Virus record (IMG/VR): IMGVR_UViG_3300045912_000261
Coordinates: 1 to 64,000 of that record
Length of the DNA stretch: 64,000 nucleotides
Source of the DNA: a virus
Strand: one strand, 5' to 3'
Positions 1 to 9,485 of the stretch are shown here, piece after piece. Position numbers and translations under genes: made by a program. The notes beneath the pieces were generated by a model that saw nothing but the letters and a program-made list of their open reading frames with translations, ran no database searches and was not told where the DNA came from. Each line of letters starts with the position of its first letter. Position 1 is the stretch's first letter.

Positions 1-2
1 AA

Positions 3-236
3 TCTCACCGTAGGCGCAGGGAGGAGGCCAACCAGGCGAGGGAGGTTGCCCGGGGGCAAGCTGACGCCAACAGGCTCCTTGCAGAGTCCCTGACACCCGA
101 GCTGATCCGCATCCGCTTGGCGGAGATCACCGCGAACGCCCAGGTCAAGATGATCGAGGCGTTGTCGAAGTCGGGTAACGTCCACCTGGTGCCTAGCGGC
201 TCCATCGTCAACACGCAGGGACTCTTTACGCCGTAG
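3..236 (+). CDS. SPFH/band-7 (prohibitin-like) protein, C-terminal part only (runs off window start)
   Basis: Frame from 3 reads ...EANQAREVARGQADANRLLAESLTPELIRIR...*, typical SPFH C-terminal coiled-coil pattern; not in ORF track because it lacks a start. Confidence 0.55.
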   Translation, partial: SHRRRREEANQAREVARGQADANRLLAESLTPELIRIRLAEITANAQVKMIEALSKSGNVHLVPSGSIVNTQGLFTP

Positions 237-416
237 CAAGCACCCGACGGGAGATGCCTTCTCAAAGAAGGGACTCTGCCAGGAGGAGGCACCCTCCCCT
301 ACCCCCTACCCCAACCCCCTCCGCACAGCGGGGACGACAGCAAATGCACGTTTTTCTTCCCGCGGTTTCCGCCCCTGGCACACGTATAGTCTCAGTGCGG
401 CGTTGAGGGAGGTCTC

Positions 417-668
417 ATGAAAGCTGTTCTTGTTCTGATCCTAGTTCTGGTGGTTCTTGTCATCATCTTGTACTTCGTCTCCAAGGCCTTTGAGAAGCGT
501 CCCATCAAGCGGAATCCGGGGCTGTTGGAACGGGAGTCCACACTCTTGCTGGCCCTGCAAGAGGCTAAAGAGTTGCCTCCTACGGACCCTTCCCGGGACA
601 TCTTGATCTTGTCTCTGGAGGAACAACTGGAGGTCTTGCGTTCCAAGAGGGGCCGGGGTAAAAGTTGA
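417..668 (+). CDS. small membrane protein, hypothetical
   Basis: GGAGG RBS; N-terminal hydrophobic helix. Confidence 0.6.
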   Translation: MKAVLVLILVLVVLVIILYFVSKAFEKRPIKRNPGLLERESTLLLALQEAKELPPTDPSRDILILSLEEQLEVLRSKRGRGKS

Positions 669-685
669 AGTTTTGATGATGTCCC

Positions 686-718
686 TTGATTCCCCCTAGG
701 GCTTTACGCTAATATATT
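686..718 (+). promoter_or_regulatory. sigma70-type promoter, weaker copy of the phage consensus
   Basis: TTGATT at 686, AT-rich -10 region at 710-718, AT-rich UP-like tract upstream. Confidence 0.5.
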
Positions 719-1173
719 AGAAAGAGTGAAGAAGGAGGTGCAGCCTGCCCAGTAGTAACCGCGAGCTCTCCCAGGAGATTGGGTGGCCCGTTGCCACCGC
801 TCAGTGGGATCGGGAGCGAGAAATGTACTACGTGGAGATTGACGCCTATGGCGGACGAATCTACATCAACCCGAAGTGCATTGACAACATCGTCCAGCAC
901 GAGCTACGGCGTATTGCAAAGTAGCGGTGGCTCGGAGGAGCTTAGCTGGGACGAGGACACCTTGGTCTACGTCTATGCCATTACGGAGGAGGATGGGACA
1001 CCCCGGTGGATGGAGGCGTACGCAATAACCTTCGCCCCCGGTCGTGGTTGGTTCCTCCGTACGAAGAACGCCTTAGGAGAGTTCGAGGTCACTCCCGTAA
1101 GGGAGCCTCTGGACATCCGCCTCCGCAACGGCAAAGCGGCTAAGGTAACTGTAAGCGAGCTCAGGAGGACTCG

Positions 1174-1848
1174 TTGAGCGACTCCTTCCCCCACAAGGAA
1201 GACTACGAGGCGATGCTCCAGGATGTCTTGGCCGACATCAAGAAGCTGGAGACGGAGCTGGAGCGTCTCGAGGTCGTGCGCGACTGGCTGCAGGAGAGGA
1301 TCTTCTCCGCTGTCAGACAGCCTTTTACTGAAGAGGCCCTGAACAAGCCTCCGTACCTCCCCGGGGGACCGAAGCGGAGGAGGCTGCCCCTCGAAGCCTT
1401 GCGCTCCTACGTGATGGAGAAGAAGGAAGTTACGGCACCCCAGGTTGCTAGCCACTTCCATATTTCCTCTACGCAGGCAAGAGCAAAGCTGCGCGAGCTT
1501 GAGAAGATGGGAACGGTCGAGGCCGTGAAGCTCGACACCGGAGTCACCGAGTACCGTTTTGTCAAGCCGGACCCCAACAATGCCCCCCGCCCTCGGGAGA
1601 GCGGGAACGGCTCTCGGGCAGCCTCGGGGCCCGTCGCAGGCACTGGCCGCGGAACACGATTTTCTACCAACAAGGACTACCAGGCAGTGGTCAATGAAGC
1701 CCTTGCGTCTGGTTGGAGTCTGAAGGGCAACCGCCTCGTGAAGGAGGGGCACATGCCCGTCGTCGTCCATGCGACCCCCAGCGACGTTAGGGCGGCAGCT
1801 AACCTCCGAGCCTCTATCCGGCAGTCCGAAAGGGGAGCCAATGGCTGA
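1174..1848 (+). CDS. winged-helix DNA-binding protein fused to a C-terminal HicA-like domain
   Basis: VTAPQVASHFHISSTQARAKLRELEKMG (wHTH); GW...VVVHATPSDVRAAANLRASIR resembles actinophage HicA-like proteins. Confidence 0.55.
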   Translation: MSDSFPHKEDYEAMLQDVLADIKKLETELERLEVVRDWLQERIFSAVRQPFTEEALNKPPYLPGGPKRRRLPLEALRSYVMEKKEVTAPQVASHFHISSTQARAKLRELEKMGTVEAVKLDTGVTEYRFVKPDPNNAPRPRESGNGSRAASGPVAGTGRGTRFSTNKDYQAVVNEALASGWSLKGNRLVKEGHMPVVVHATPSDVRAAANLRASIRQSERGANG

Positions 1849-2080
1849 AGTCCGCGTCACCGTCTGGAAGCATGGGAGGGGCTACCCCGACATGGGGGCC
1901 GGCTACTCTCGGGAGATGGAAACCAGCGATCCTATCTACGAGGGCGAGGAGGCTTACTTCGACGACATCGCGGAAGTTTTCCCGTCCGACCTCGGCGACG
2001 GGGACATCCTGAAGGTGGAGATCCTCGAGTACGACGAGTACGACGAAGGCGACGAAGAGGAAGAGTATGCCCCAGCCTAG
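1841..2080 (+). CDS. acidic hypothetical protein
   Basis: ATG after GGGGAG RBS, overlaps previous gene. Confidence 0.55.
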   Translation: MAEVRVTVWKHGRGYPDMGAGYSREMETSDPIYEGEEAYFDDIAEVFPSDLGDGDILKVEILEYDEYDEGDEEEEYAPA

Positions 2081-2297
2081 CGTGGAGACCAAGAAGGGGC
2101 GTCTGCGCCTCACCGTGACCTTCGTGACGGAGTACGACATCGAAGTCCCCAGCGAGGTCTACGGCGAAGCTGAAACGCTCGAAGCGGCTGCCGAGGTCGA
2201 TGCTGAGGTAGCGCGCACCGATCCTCTTGCCCTCATCGACGGAGTTGACCCTGAGGTCAATGTTGAAATCATCCCCTCCCCTTCCACGCATGCCTAG
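2067..2297 (+). CDS. hypothetical protein
   Basis: ORF track; tiles the operon. Confidence 0.5.
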   Translation: MPQPSVETKKGRLRLTVTFVTEYDIEVPSEVYGEAETLEAAAEVDAEVARTDPLALIDGVDPEVNVEIIPSPSTHA

Positions 2298-2616
2298 AAG
2301 TGGTGACAACCGCGTCCACGAAGATGCGGCTATGTTCCTTCGCTCCTTGGCAGCTCAGGGTCGTAAGCGAGGATACACCAGGGTGAAGGCTTCCCCGCCT
2401 GAGGTGCAGGCTGTCTTGGTCGACCTCACAGGCGACATCAACTGGGACTCTCTGGAGGAGTTCATCGACGATCCTGGGTTCTACTCCCAGTACATCGGGA
2501 TGATCCTCTTCTACGACGCCTCCCTAGGGCTTCAGGGGTTCGGTGCCGAGTTCTACTCCACCATGGAGGAGCTCTGGTCTGACTGGGAGCATCTTCTTCA
2601 GTCAGGGGAGGGGTGA
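2290..2616 (+). CDS. hypothetical protein
   Basis: ATG 2290 overlapping previous stop; tiles the operon. Confidence 0.5.
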   Translation: MPRSGDNRVHEDAAMFLRSLAAQGRKRGYTRVKASPPEVQAVLVDLTGDINWDSLEEFIDDPGFYSQYIGMILFYDASLGLQGFGAEFYSTMEELWSDWEHLLQSGEG

Positions 2617-3131
2617 TGCACCGAGAGTTCATTCGCGAAGAGGAGCTAGACTCTGCCCTTCGTCGGGGGCTCGATGAAGCCTGCAAGACAGCAGCGAGGT
2701 CGCCCTTCAAACGGCATCGAACCGGAGCGGTACTAATGGACCGCAGCGGCAGAGTCATCTCACGAGGGTGGTCCCACACGCCGCAGACTCCTCTCCGGGA
2801 GCTCTGGTCCATGCACGCCGAGTTTCACGCAGCACTTCGAATGCCTCCGTGGCGCAAGTGGTGCGTATGTTTCATTGCAACTCTGACAGAGCACGACAAC
2901 ACTACGCTCGCCCGCCCATGCGTGCAGTGCGCCGTACAGCTCTCCCACGTGGGAGTAGAGTACTGCGTCTACACTCCCCAGTTCCCCTACAAGGGTGCTG
3001 AGGTGCTCTGGCTGGAGGAGCCTCCCGCTCTGGAGGAGTTGCTCAAAAAGTATCCTTCCAGGAGCGAGGTTCTGAAGCGTGGCGCTTCCACCAGTGATTC
3101 ACGTCGACATGTACGGAGTTCCGTGGCATAA
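2613..3131 (+). CDS. zinc-dependent cytidine/dCMP deaminase-family protein
   Basis: HAE and PCxxC motifs (MHAEF...ARPCVQC), N-terminal HRTGAVL. Confidence 0.75.
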   Translation: MMHREFIREEELDSALRRGLDEACKTAARSPFKRHRTGAVLMDRSGRVISRGWSHTPQTPLRELWSMHAEFHAALRMPPWRKWCVCFIATLTEHDNTTLARPCVQCAVQLSHVGVEYCVYTPQFPYKGAEVLWLEEPPALEELLKKYPSRSEVLKRGASTSDSRRHVRSSVA

Positions 3132-3425
3132 CCTACCGGCCTCAGAGCTCTGCCCCACATGCGGTCAGCCCGACAACTGTGGGGAATGCAACCACGAACC
3201 CCTCAAGTGGCCTGAGGTAATCAGACTACTCGGGGGAGTACCCATCGGCGCAGGTGACACGCTGCGTCCTCCCAGCGAGGTGGAAATGTACGAAGGCAGC
3301 AACGGCGGCACCTCCAAAGGGTACGACGGGCCTGCGGTGGATCCACACCCACCCCGAGAAGTAAAGGGTGTGCGAAGACGCCGTGTCCGCAGGCGTCTCT
3401 CGAGCGGCAGTAGCTGAATCACCGC

Positions 3426-3455
3426 TTGATTCCCGCCAGTGCCCTGATGTAAAAT
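3426..3455 (+). promoter_or_regulatory. sigma70-type promoter
   Basis: TTGATT-18 nt-TAAAAT. Confidence 0.7.
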
Positions 3456-3506
3456 AGTAGTACAAGCTCTCATCCGAGTAGTACAGCTAGTAAAGAGCCA
3501 AGAAAG

Positions 3507-3740
3507 GTGAGAATGCCATCAGAGACACTGAGCCGTGACGTGATCGTCGACTCCATCCGGGAAGAGCTTCAGGCCTTCCCAGGAGTAACTGTGTCGATGC
3601 TGCACTCCCGGCTGACGGTGAAGCGGAGCGGTTGGCGACGAGTGCTCGATGAGCTGATCGAGTCGGGGCAGGTTCGCGAGGAGTCAGACCTCGTGGGCGG
3701 TCGCGGCATCCGGCGGCTCTACTGGAACGACGCCGAGTAG
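3507..3740 (+). CDS. small winged-helix-like protein
   Basis: PGVTVSMLHSRL...VLDELIESGQV pattern; RBS AAAGG. Confidence 0.45.
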   Translation: MRMPSETLSRDVIVDSIREELQAFPGVTVSMLHSRLTVKRSGWRRVLDELIESGQVREESDLVGGRGIRRLYWNDAE

Positions 3741-3896
3741 CTCAAAGCTGTAGTCCCCAACACCGTTCATAACCACAACTAATAGCGCGTAGTGCATACT
3801 GAGCGTAAGCTCCAGCTCTAGCTCTAGGGATCTCTCTAGCACCTTTTCCCATGCCCGTGAATCTAGTTAGCCCTCAAGACCTACTGGGAAAGGTGG

Positions 3897-6239
3897 TTGA
3901 TGGGTTCGACTTTGTCCGAGGAAGCCATCAGGGATCTCAGGGGAAGCGGCCTCAGAGATGAGCACATTGAGGCTATGCGTTGCCGCCCTGCTACGGTACA
4001 AGATCTTCCGTTCGCAGCCACAGGCTACGTCATCCCCTACTTCATTCCCACTGAGGAAGGGGAGTATGTTCGCCTCGAGGTTTCAGGTACTCCCTTCTCT
4101 CGGATCAAGATCCTCTCGCACCAGTCATCCGGGAACGGAATCCCCAAGTATTACCAGAGGGCTGCCACAGGTTCTCACGTCTACTTCCCTCCCCTCGTAG
4201 AGGCTGCCCGTTGGTGGGACACCAACGAGCCGCTCATCATCACTGAAGGGGAGAAGAAGGCGGCCTGTGCTACCGCACAAGGGTTTCTAACGTGTGCTGT
4301 AGGCGGAATCGACTCGTGGCGGTCTAAGAAGCTTATGGTGCCACCGGAGGCTGTCGTCGCAGGCGGAACGAAAGCCGTCCTGGTGGAACTTGATGACGAG
4401 GCGGAGCAGAAGATCGAGCTCCGTGCAGCAGACGAACTGACCTGGCTTCCCTTGGAGGGACGCCGGGTTTACGTATGCTTTGATTCCGATGGGCTGCAGA
4501 GTAAACGTAACCGAGTAGCCCGAGCTGCCTTTGACTTTGCCATCTGGCTCGAGACCCAAGGGGCCGACCCTAGACAGGTGGTCCTTCCTGCCGAGCCTGG
4601 AGAGAAAGTTGGGCTGGATGACTTCCTAGTCTCGGGGGGCAAGCTTGAACCCCTACTCAGCTCTGCCCGCTTCCCCACCAGACCCGGGCTCAAGATGTGG
4701 GCGCGCAAGCAGCTTGCCAACCCTAGGCGCACCCGCAACACAATGACCTCAGTGGCCCGAGGGATCCTAGCTGCCCTCGATGAACGAGGGACGCGCTTCC
4801 GGGACCCCTATGGCATGTACTACTACTTCGATAAGGCAACGGATAAGCTCCACCTGATGCCCATCGAAACAGGCCAGTCACTGCAGGTTGCAGCCCCAAG
4901 TTTTCACCAGCTATTGGTGCGTGAATACGGAGTGTCATCCGCGGACCGGGAGCTGGTACAGCGCCTGGTTGACGACTTCGAATCCCTGGAGCCTGTGCAG
5001 CAAGTAACGCGGGTACATAGGCAGTCGTACGCGGCTCCTGATGCGCTGTATTACCAGCTGTCCGACTCCCGTATGGCGAAGGTTACAGCTTCGGGCATCG
5101 AGGTACTACGTAACGGGACCGACAGGGTCCTGTTCCAAGTCGGGGCCGAGGAAGTAGAGCTGTACAACAAACAGCTGCCCCCAGGGTTTGGTTGGCTGTC
5201 CATGTTGAAGACTACGTCCCTTGAGCCCATTGGCACTCTGACGCTGGATGAAACCCACCTCCTGGTCGCTTGCCTGTTCTACCTCTCGCCGTGGCTCCGT
5301 CGCTGGAGAGGGCTCATGCTGCCTGCTGAGCTGGCTGTGTCTGAAGCAGGCTCGGGTAAAAGCTCGTTGTACCAGCTGCGTTCGGGGATCTTTACTGGGT
5401 CGGCACGTCTGCAGCATCAGCCCGAGGACATGAGATCTTGGTACTCTTCGATCGCGGACGCCCGCGGTCTGTGGGTAGCAGACAACATGGGCTCGAAGAT
5501 CGACGTCAGGATCAGCAACGAGATTGCCCGCCTGATTACGGACCCCGACCCTGCATTCGAACTGCGTGAGCTCTACACCACCTCCAAAGTACACCGCATG
5601 CCCGTAGACTGTGTCTTCGCCTTCACAGCCATCTACAACCCCTTCCACAGGCCGGACATCCTCCAGCGGTCGCTGCAGCTCCGCTTCCATGCCATCACCA
5701 AGAGAGACGGTGGCTGGATGTACAGGCAGATCGCAGATCAGGGCAGATCGATGTGGGTGACTCATCACCTGCAAACAATCTCTCGTTTCCTGGACAACGC
5801 AAAGGACATGGAGTGGGGAGTCAGTTCGAAGCATCGTCTCGTAGGCTTTGAGCAATCCCTACGCTGCATGGGTATAACGCTCGGTCGCAGGGCCGATATC
5901 GAACGGGTGATCCAAAAGTTGCCCGAGGCTGTTCAGGAGAGTATCACTGCTGACGAGCCTGTGATTGCAGCCCTACGTGCATTCGTCAAGGTTAAGCAGG
6001 GGCAGCGTAACAGACGAACGAACAAGATCTCCCTGGACGAGATCGTTGAGTGGGCACAGTACGCCACAGGGGAGAGGTACCAAGACCTGCGGGTACTCCG
6101 CAATCCCAGGCTGCTGGAGAAGTACATTCAGGCTCACGCTCACGATGTGTACAACACTACAGGGATCAGGGCCACGCCTGAAGAGTTCCGTGGGTACAGA
6201 TTGTTCGAGATCGACTTCAGCAAGGTGGCGGCCGTATGA
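3897..6239 (+). CDS. DNA primase-helicase (DUF3854-type Toprim primase plus P-loop helicase domain)
   Basis: LIITEGEKKA, VYVCFDSD, KVGLDDFL Toprim motifs; EAGSGKSS Walker A; WVADN Walker B-like. Confidence 0.8.
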   Translation: MMGSTLSEEAIRDLRGSGLRDEHIEAMRCRPATVQDLPFAATGYVIPYFIPTEEGEYVRLEVSGTPFSRIKILSHQSSGNGIPKYYQRAATGSHVYFPPLVEAARWWDTNEPLIITEGEKKAACATAQGFLTCAVGGIDSWRSKKLMVPPEAVVAGGTKAVLVELDDEAEQKIELRAADELTWLPLEGRRVYVCFDSDGLQSKRNRVARAAFDFAIWLETQGADPRQVVLPAEPGEKVGLDDFLVSGGKLEPLLSSARFPTRPGLKMWARKQLANPRRTRNTMTSVARGILAALDERGTRFRDPYGMYYYFDKATDKLHLMPIETGQSLQVAAPSFHQLLVREYGVSSADRELVQRLVDDFESLEPVQQVTRVHRQSYAAPDALYYQLSDSRMAKVTASGIEVLRNGTDRVLFQVGAEEVELYNKQLPPGFGWLSMLKTTSLEPIGTLTLDETHLLVACLFYLSPWLRRWRGLMLPAELAVSEAGSGKSSLYQLRSGIFTGSARLQHQPEDMRSWYSSIADARGLWVADNMGSKIDVRISNEIARLITDPDPAFELRELYTTSKVHRMPVDCVFAFTAIYNPFHRPDILQRSLQLRFHAITKRDGGWMYRQIADQGRSMWVTHHLQTISRFLDNAKDMEWGVSSKHRLVGFEQSLRCMGITLGRRADIERVIQKLPEAVQESITADEPVIAALRAFVKVKQGQRNRRTNKISLDEIVEWAQYATGERYQDLRVLRNPRLLEKYIQAHAHDVYNTTGIRATPEEFRGYRLFEIDFSKVAAV

Positions 6240-6373
6240 AACCCAGTAGACCAGCAACCAACCTCCTAGTTCTGGCCGACCCCTCTCCCGACCCCGAGTG
6301 GACTGTTCTCACAGTAGCCGTATCCGCCTCGGTCCTGCAGGAACTCCTCCAAGACCTTTGGGACTGGTTCTAG
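6236..6373 (+). CDS. DWF-tailed microprotein (45 aa)
   Basis: ATGA overlap with primase stop; MKPSRP...QDLWDWF*. Confidence 0.6.
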   Translation: MKPSRPATNLLVLADPSPDPEWTVLTVAVSASVLQELLQDLWDWF

Positions 6374-6374
6374 C

Positions 6375-6590
6375 ATGAACAGTTCTACGGCTACTACGGA
6401 CTCCGGGTGGATCTTGACGTTTCCTGCCGTAACCCTCAAGGGGGGAGAGACCCTCCTCCTTCAGTATACGTATACCTGGACCTGCTCAGCTGCATACTAT
6501 ACCTGGACCTGCTCAGCTACGCATACTCGGAGTGCACGGAGGGTTTCCCTAAGTGTCCCAGAAGCTCTCCGCGAAGGTAACTGGTTCTAG
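6375..6590 (+). CDS. NWF-tailed microprotein (71 aa)
   Basis: ATG 1 nt after previous stop; ends REGNWF*. Confidence 0.55.
   Translation: MNSSTATTDSGWILTFPAVTLKGGETLLLQYTYTWTCSAAYYTWTCSATHTRSARRVSLSVPEALREGNWF
6471..6518 (+). repeat. 21-bp direct repeat, period 27 (YTWTCSA twice)
   Basis: TATACCTGGACCTGCTCAGCT at 6471 and 6498. Confidence 0.85.
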
Positions 6591-6591
6591 T

Positions 6592-6780
6592 ATGTACTTG
6601 CACAGCAGCAGCACGGCATACTACATTTGGACTAAGCAGGGCTACGAGAAACTGGGCAGCGACCTCAATTGGGGTGTGGTAGTAATCCCGCACATTGCGC
6701 CTAGGCCAGCACAAACATCACGACGCAGGATCTCTTCTAGGGTTTGGTGGGTCCTGAAGATGAGCAAAGACTGGTTCTAA
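6592..6780 (+). CDS. DWF-tailed microprotein (62 aa)
   Basis: ATG 1 nt after previous stop; ends MSKDWF*. Confidence 0.55.
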   Translation: MYLHSSSTAYYIWTKQGYEKLGSDLNWGVVVIPHIAPRPAQTSRRRISSRVWWVLKMSKDWF

Positions 6781-6917
6781 TGGCTTCTGACACCCCTCCT
6801 TCAGAGCTTCCCGATATCTTCACCATGCCCTTTGAGGACTTCCTCAGGCTCTTTAAGGCGCTGGGAAGCTATGTCTACTGCACGATCGTGTTCGAGCCCC
6901 GCGACGACTGGTTCTAG
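6780..6917 (+). CDS. DWF-tailed microprotein (45 aa)
   Basis: TAATG overlap; MASDTPP...EPRDDWF*. Confidence 0.6.
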   Translation: MASDTPPSELPDIFTMPFEDFLRLFKALGSYVYCTIVFEPRDDWF

Positions 6918-6925
6918 GAGGAAAC

Positions 6926-7618
6926 ATGGAACGAGGTCTTGGACGTAAGGAGCCGACTGACTGGCGCCACGTCGAGAAGTACCGCTTCACACGTACGACA
7001 ACTTCGGTAGAGCGAACGATCCCCCTAGTCTGGTCCGCCAGGACCTTCTACGATCAGGGAACTGAGGGAGCCTGCGTTGGGTTCTCCTGTTCTTGGATGA
7101 TGACTCTGCTCAACCGCCGACGGTATGATGCCTTCTGGCTCTACCGCGAAGCTCAGAAGGTTGACGAGTGGCCTGGTGAGGACTACAGCGGTACATCACT
7201 GCGTGCTGGCCTGGACATTCTGCGAGAGGTGGGTCACCGCAGAGTAGCCTGGAAACGGACCTATCCGGCAGCTTTGGGCGAAGGAATCCACGAGAACCGA
7301 TGGGCGACTAGTGTGGATGAGATCCGCGGGGCGATTGCTGAGGGTACGCCTGTGGTGCTCGGGATCAACTGGTACTCGAGCTTTGATGTTCCCGCACGTC
7401 GGTGGCCCAGATGGTTCATTGGAGACAGACCCGATTGGGGTTGGGTTAGGGGAGGCCATGCTATTTGTTGTCGGGGTGCCTCTGACGCACTCCAGTCAGT
7501 GTTGCTCACAAACTCCTGGGGACGAGATTACCCCGCAGGAGTATGGTTGCCTTATGAGGGACTGGCACGCCTACTACGGGAAAATGGAGAGGCTGGGCTT
7601 GTCACTGACCGCCCGTAG
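6926..7618 (+). CDS. papain-like (C1) cysteine peptidase
   Basis: DQGTEGACVGFS (Cys), GGHAI (His), NSWG (Asn); RBS AGGAGG. Confidence 0.85.
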   Translation: MERGLGRKEPTDWRHVEKYRFTRTTTSVERTIPLVWSARTFYDQGTEGACVGFSCSWMMTLLNRRRYDAFWLYREAQKVDEWPGEDYSGTSLRAGLDILREVGHRRVAWKRTYPAALGEGIHENRWATSVDEIRGAIAEGTPVVLGINWYSSFDVPARRWPRWFIGDRPDWGWVRGGHAICCRGASDALQSVLLTNSWGRDYPAGVWLPYEGLARLLRENGEAGLVTDRP

Positions 7619-7673
7619 GCTGGCTGCCTTCCTCAACATTGCCTCACCCGAGTATAGGGATGACTGGTTCTAA
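7599..7673 (+). CDS. DWF-tailed micropeptide (24 aa)
   Basis: TTG start after GGAGAGG; MSLTARR...YRDDWF*. Confidence 0.45.
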   Translation: MSLTARRLAAFLNIASPEYRDDWF

Positions 7674-7786
7674 TGGTCAACTGTAAATTGGACCTTTTCG
7701 AGGCCCTACTCAAGCAGCTCTCCCGAGCCTCCGCGAACCCACGCACGAGAGCCATCATTCTGGTCTGCGAGGAAGACTGGTTCTAG
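7673..7786 (+). CDS. DWF-tailed microprotein (37 aa)
   Basis: TAATG overlap; MVNCKL...CEEDWF*. Confidence 0.55.
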   Translation: MVNCKLDLFEALLKQLSRASANPRTRAIILVCEEDWF

Positions 7787-7825
7787 GGCCTCAGTTGTAC
7801 ACCTATGAAGATTTTTTGATGCCCA

Positions 7826-7855
7826 TTGATTTCCCAAGTGGCTTTCTGCTATAAT
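7826..7855 (+). promoter_or_regulatory. sigma70-type promoter with extended -10
   Basis: TTGATT-18 nt-TATAAT, TG before -10. Confidence 0.8.
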
Positions 7856-7894
7856 ATTGTTGAAAGCTTGCAATCTGCTCCGTGAGGGGACCTA

Positions 7895-8170
7895 ATGAAC
7901 GAGAGGGAAGTAGACGAGCGCGACCACATCGCCAAAAGGCTGTACGAGGTTCTCGAGGCTGCCAAGGCAGAAATGTCAGAGGATGCCGAGATGAACAGCG
8001 TCGTGCTGAAGGGCATGATCGTGCTCTCAGAGTGGGAGGACTTCGGCAACGGCACCGAATGGATGCACGTGGTCACGGCAAAAGGGTCTGACGGCAACGA
8101 CTCGATGACTCCGTGGCAGGCGAAGGGACTCCTGCAGGAGGCGATCGACAAGATCAACAAGAGCTCGTAG
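7895..8170 (+). CDS. hypothetical protein
   Basis: GAGGGGG RBS, first gene after promoter. Confidence 0.6.
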   Translation: MNEREVDERDHIAKRLYEVLEAAKAEMSEDAEMNSVVLKGMIVLSEWEDFGNGTEWMHVVTAKGSDGNDSMTPWQAKGLLQEAIDKINKSS

Positions 8171-8172
8171 CC

Positions 8173-8961
8173 TTGGGTGATGAGCCTCTGAAGAGATGTA
8201 GCCGTGGGGACCATTGGGTCCCTATTTCTGGTTTCAATGCCGACTCGAAGGCTAAGGATGGCCTGCAGGGTAGCTGCAGGGAATGCCAGAAGGCTTACCA
8301 GAAAGAGTACTACGTCAAGACGAAGGAGAAGCGTCGGAGGTACCATCAAACACGACGCCGAAAGCTCCGTCGCGCAGAGGTAATGGCTAAGTGGCGAGCT
8401 GAGCACCCAGAAGCTGCCCGTACGCACCGAGCCACGCAGAGAGCCAAAGAGCTGGGCATTGAGGGAAGCTACACAGAGGCTGAGTGGATCGAGCTACAGG
8501 AGTACTACAACTACCACTGTCTGAGCTGCCTCCAGCAGTTCCCAGGGGATCTAGAAGCCGATCACGTACGTCCTCTTCAACAGGGTGGAACGAACACTAT
8601 CGACAACATCCAGCCTCTGTGTACTCCCTGCAACCGGAAGAAGGGTACCCGGTACGTCGACTTCCGCCCCCGATGGGAAGCGAGCAAGCACGTGGAGCAC
8701 GGGAGCAAAACTGTTGTCATACTCGACTATAACAGGCAGGTTGAAGCCTCCCACAGGTGGATCTCCCCCGACTTCGGACGGAGCCTCTCCTTACGAATCC
8801 CTGCAGAGATACTCAAGGACCCCCATCCACGAATCCGTGTTACTATCGAGCCGGTGGACGATCCCGATGACTCGGGAGCAGAAGAGGGCCCTGGACTTGC
8901 TGGACCAGCCCCCTCCGGAGATGTCCCGGACGGAGCTGGAGAACCTGGACCTGCTACCTAG
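8173..8961 (+). CDS. HNH endonuclease
   Basis: N-terminal KRC...F..D...KDGLQGSCREC; CxxC...DHVRPL..GG.N.IDNIQPLCxxCNxxKG; TTG start assumed. Confidence 0.85.
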   Translation: MGDEPLKRCSRGDHWVPISGFNADSKAKDGLQGSCRECQKAYQKEYYVKTKEKRRRYHQTRRRKLRRAEVMAKWRAEHPEAARTHRATQRAKELGIEGSYTEAEWIELQEYYNYHCLSCLQQFPGDLEADHVRPLQQGGTNTIDNIQPLCTPCNRKKGTRYVDFRPRWEASKHVEHGSKTVVILDYNRQVEASHRWISPDFGRSLSLRIPAEILKDPHPRIRVTIEPVDDPDDSGAEEGPGLAGPAPSGDVPDGAGEPGPAT

Positions 8962-9343
8962 GCGTTTCTGGGCCTCTGACGGGTACAATAATGGCCTCTA
9001 CAACTTTTGGGAGCCTCTCTGTAAGCCTCCATACAAGTGGAGCCCGTACGCCTTCGCCCTCTGTGGGCAGCTCGCATACGAAACTTTCGCCACAAGAATT
9101 GGCTCAGGGCTCTACGCATTCACGGCGTACGAGCTGCTGGGCTGTATTAGGCAGGCAGCGAGCTGCGGCTTTGCTTGCTGCCGGGTGCCCCACCCGAACG
9201 ACACTCTAGCCTACCTCGTGGGTGTACACTACTTAGTGGAATGCAACTTGCTGACCGGAGTGACTCCAGCCTCCTGGAGGCGAGCGGACCACTCCCTAAG
9301 AGATGGCTGCCGGTATGTGTTCAGGATCGATGACTGGTTTTAA
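8867..9343 (+). CDS. DWF-tailed hypothetical protein (158 aa)
   Basis: MTREQKR...FRIDDWF*; start uncertain. Confidence 0.55.
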   Translation: MTREQKRALDLLDQPPPEMSRTELENLDLLPRRFWASDGYNNGLYNFWEPLCKPPYKWSPYAFALCGQLAYETFATRIGSGLYAFTAYELLGCIRQAASCGFACCRVPHPNDTLAYLVGVHYLVECNLLTGVTPASWRRADHSLRDGCRYVFRIDDWF

Positions 9344-9485
9344 GTACGCCCCTGAGTTCGTACTGGGTGGCTTCATGGGTATGCTTTGGTATACTTGCAA
9401 CCTTCCAGGCCTCCTCGTCCTAGGCGTCCTCCTGCTGCTCGTTGCGGTCCTCCTTATCTGTAGGGAGCTAGCTGGTGACCTCTAG
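9330..9485 (+). CDS. small membrane protein starting inside the DWF motif
   Basis: ATG ACT GGT TTT (MTGF) overlaps GAT GAC TGG TTT TAA; hydrophobic. Confidence 0.5.
   Translation: MTGFKYAPEFVLGGFMGMLWYTCNLPGLLVLGVLLLLVAVLLICRELAGDL

Noticed and set aside
292-319. C-run cluster as a minus-strand G-quadruplex
   Set aside because: A single occurrence that could simply encode a Pro-rich stretch; no other support.
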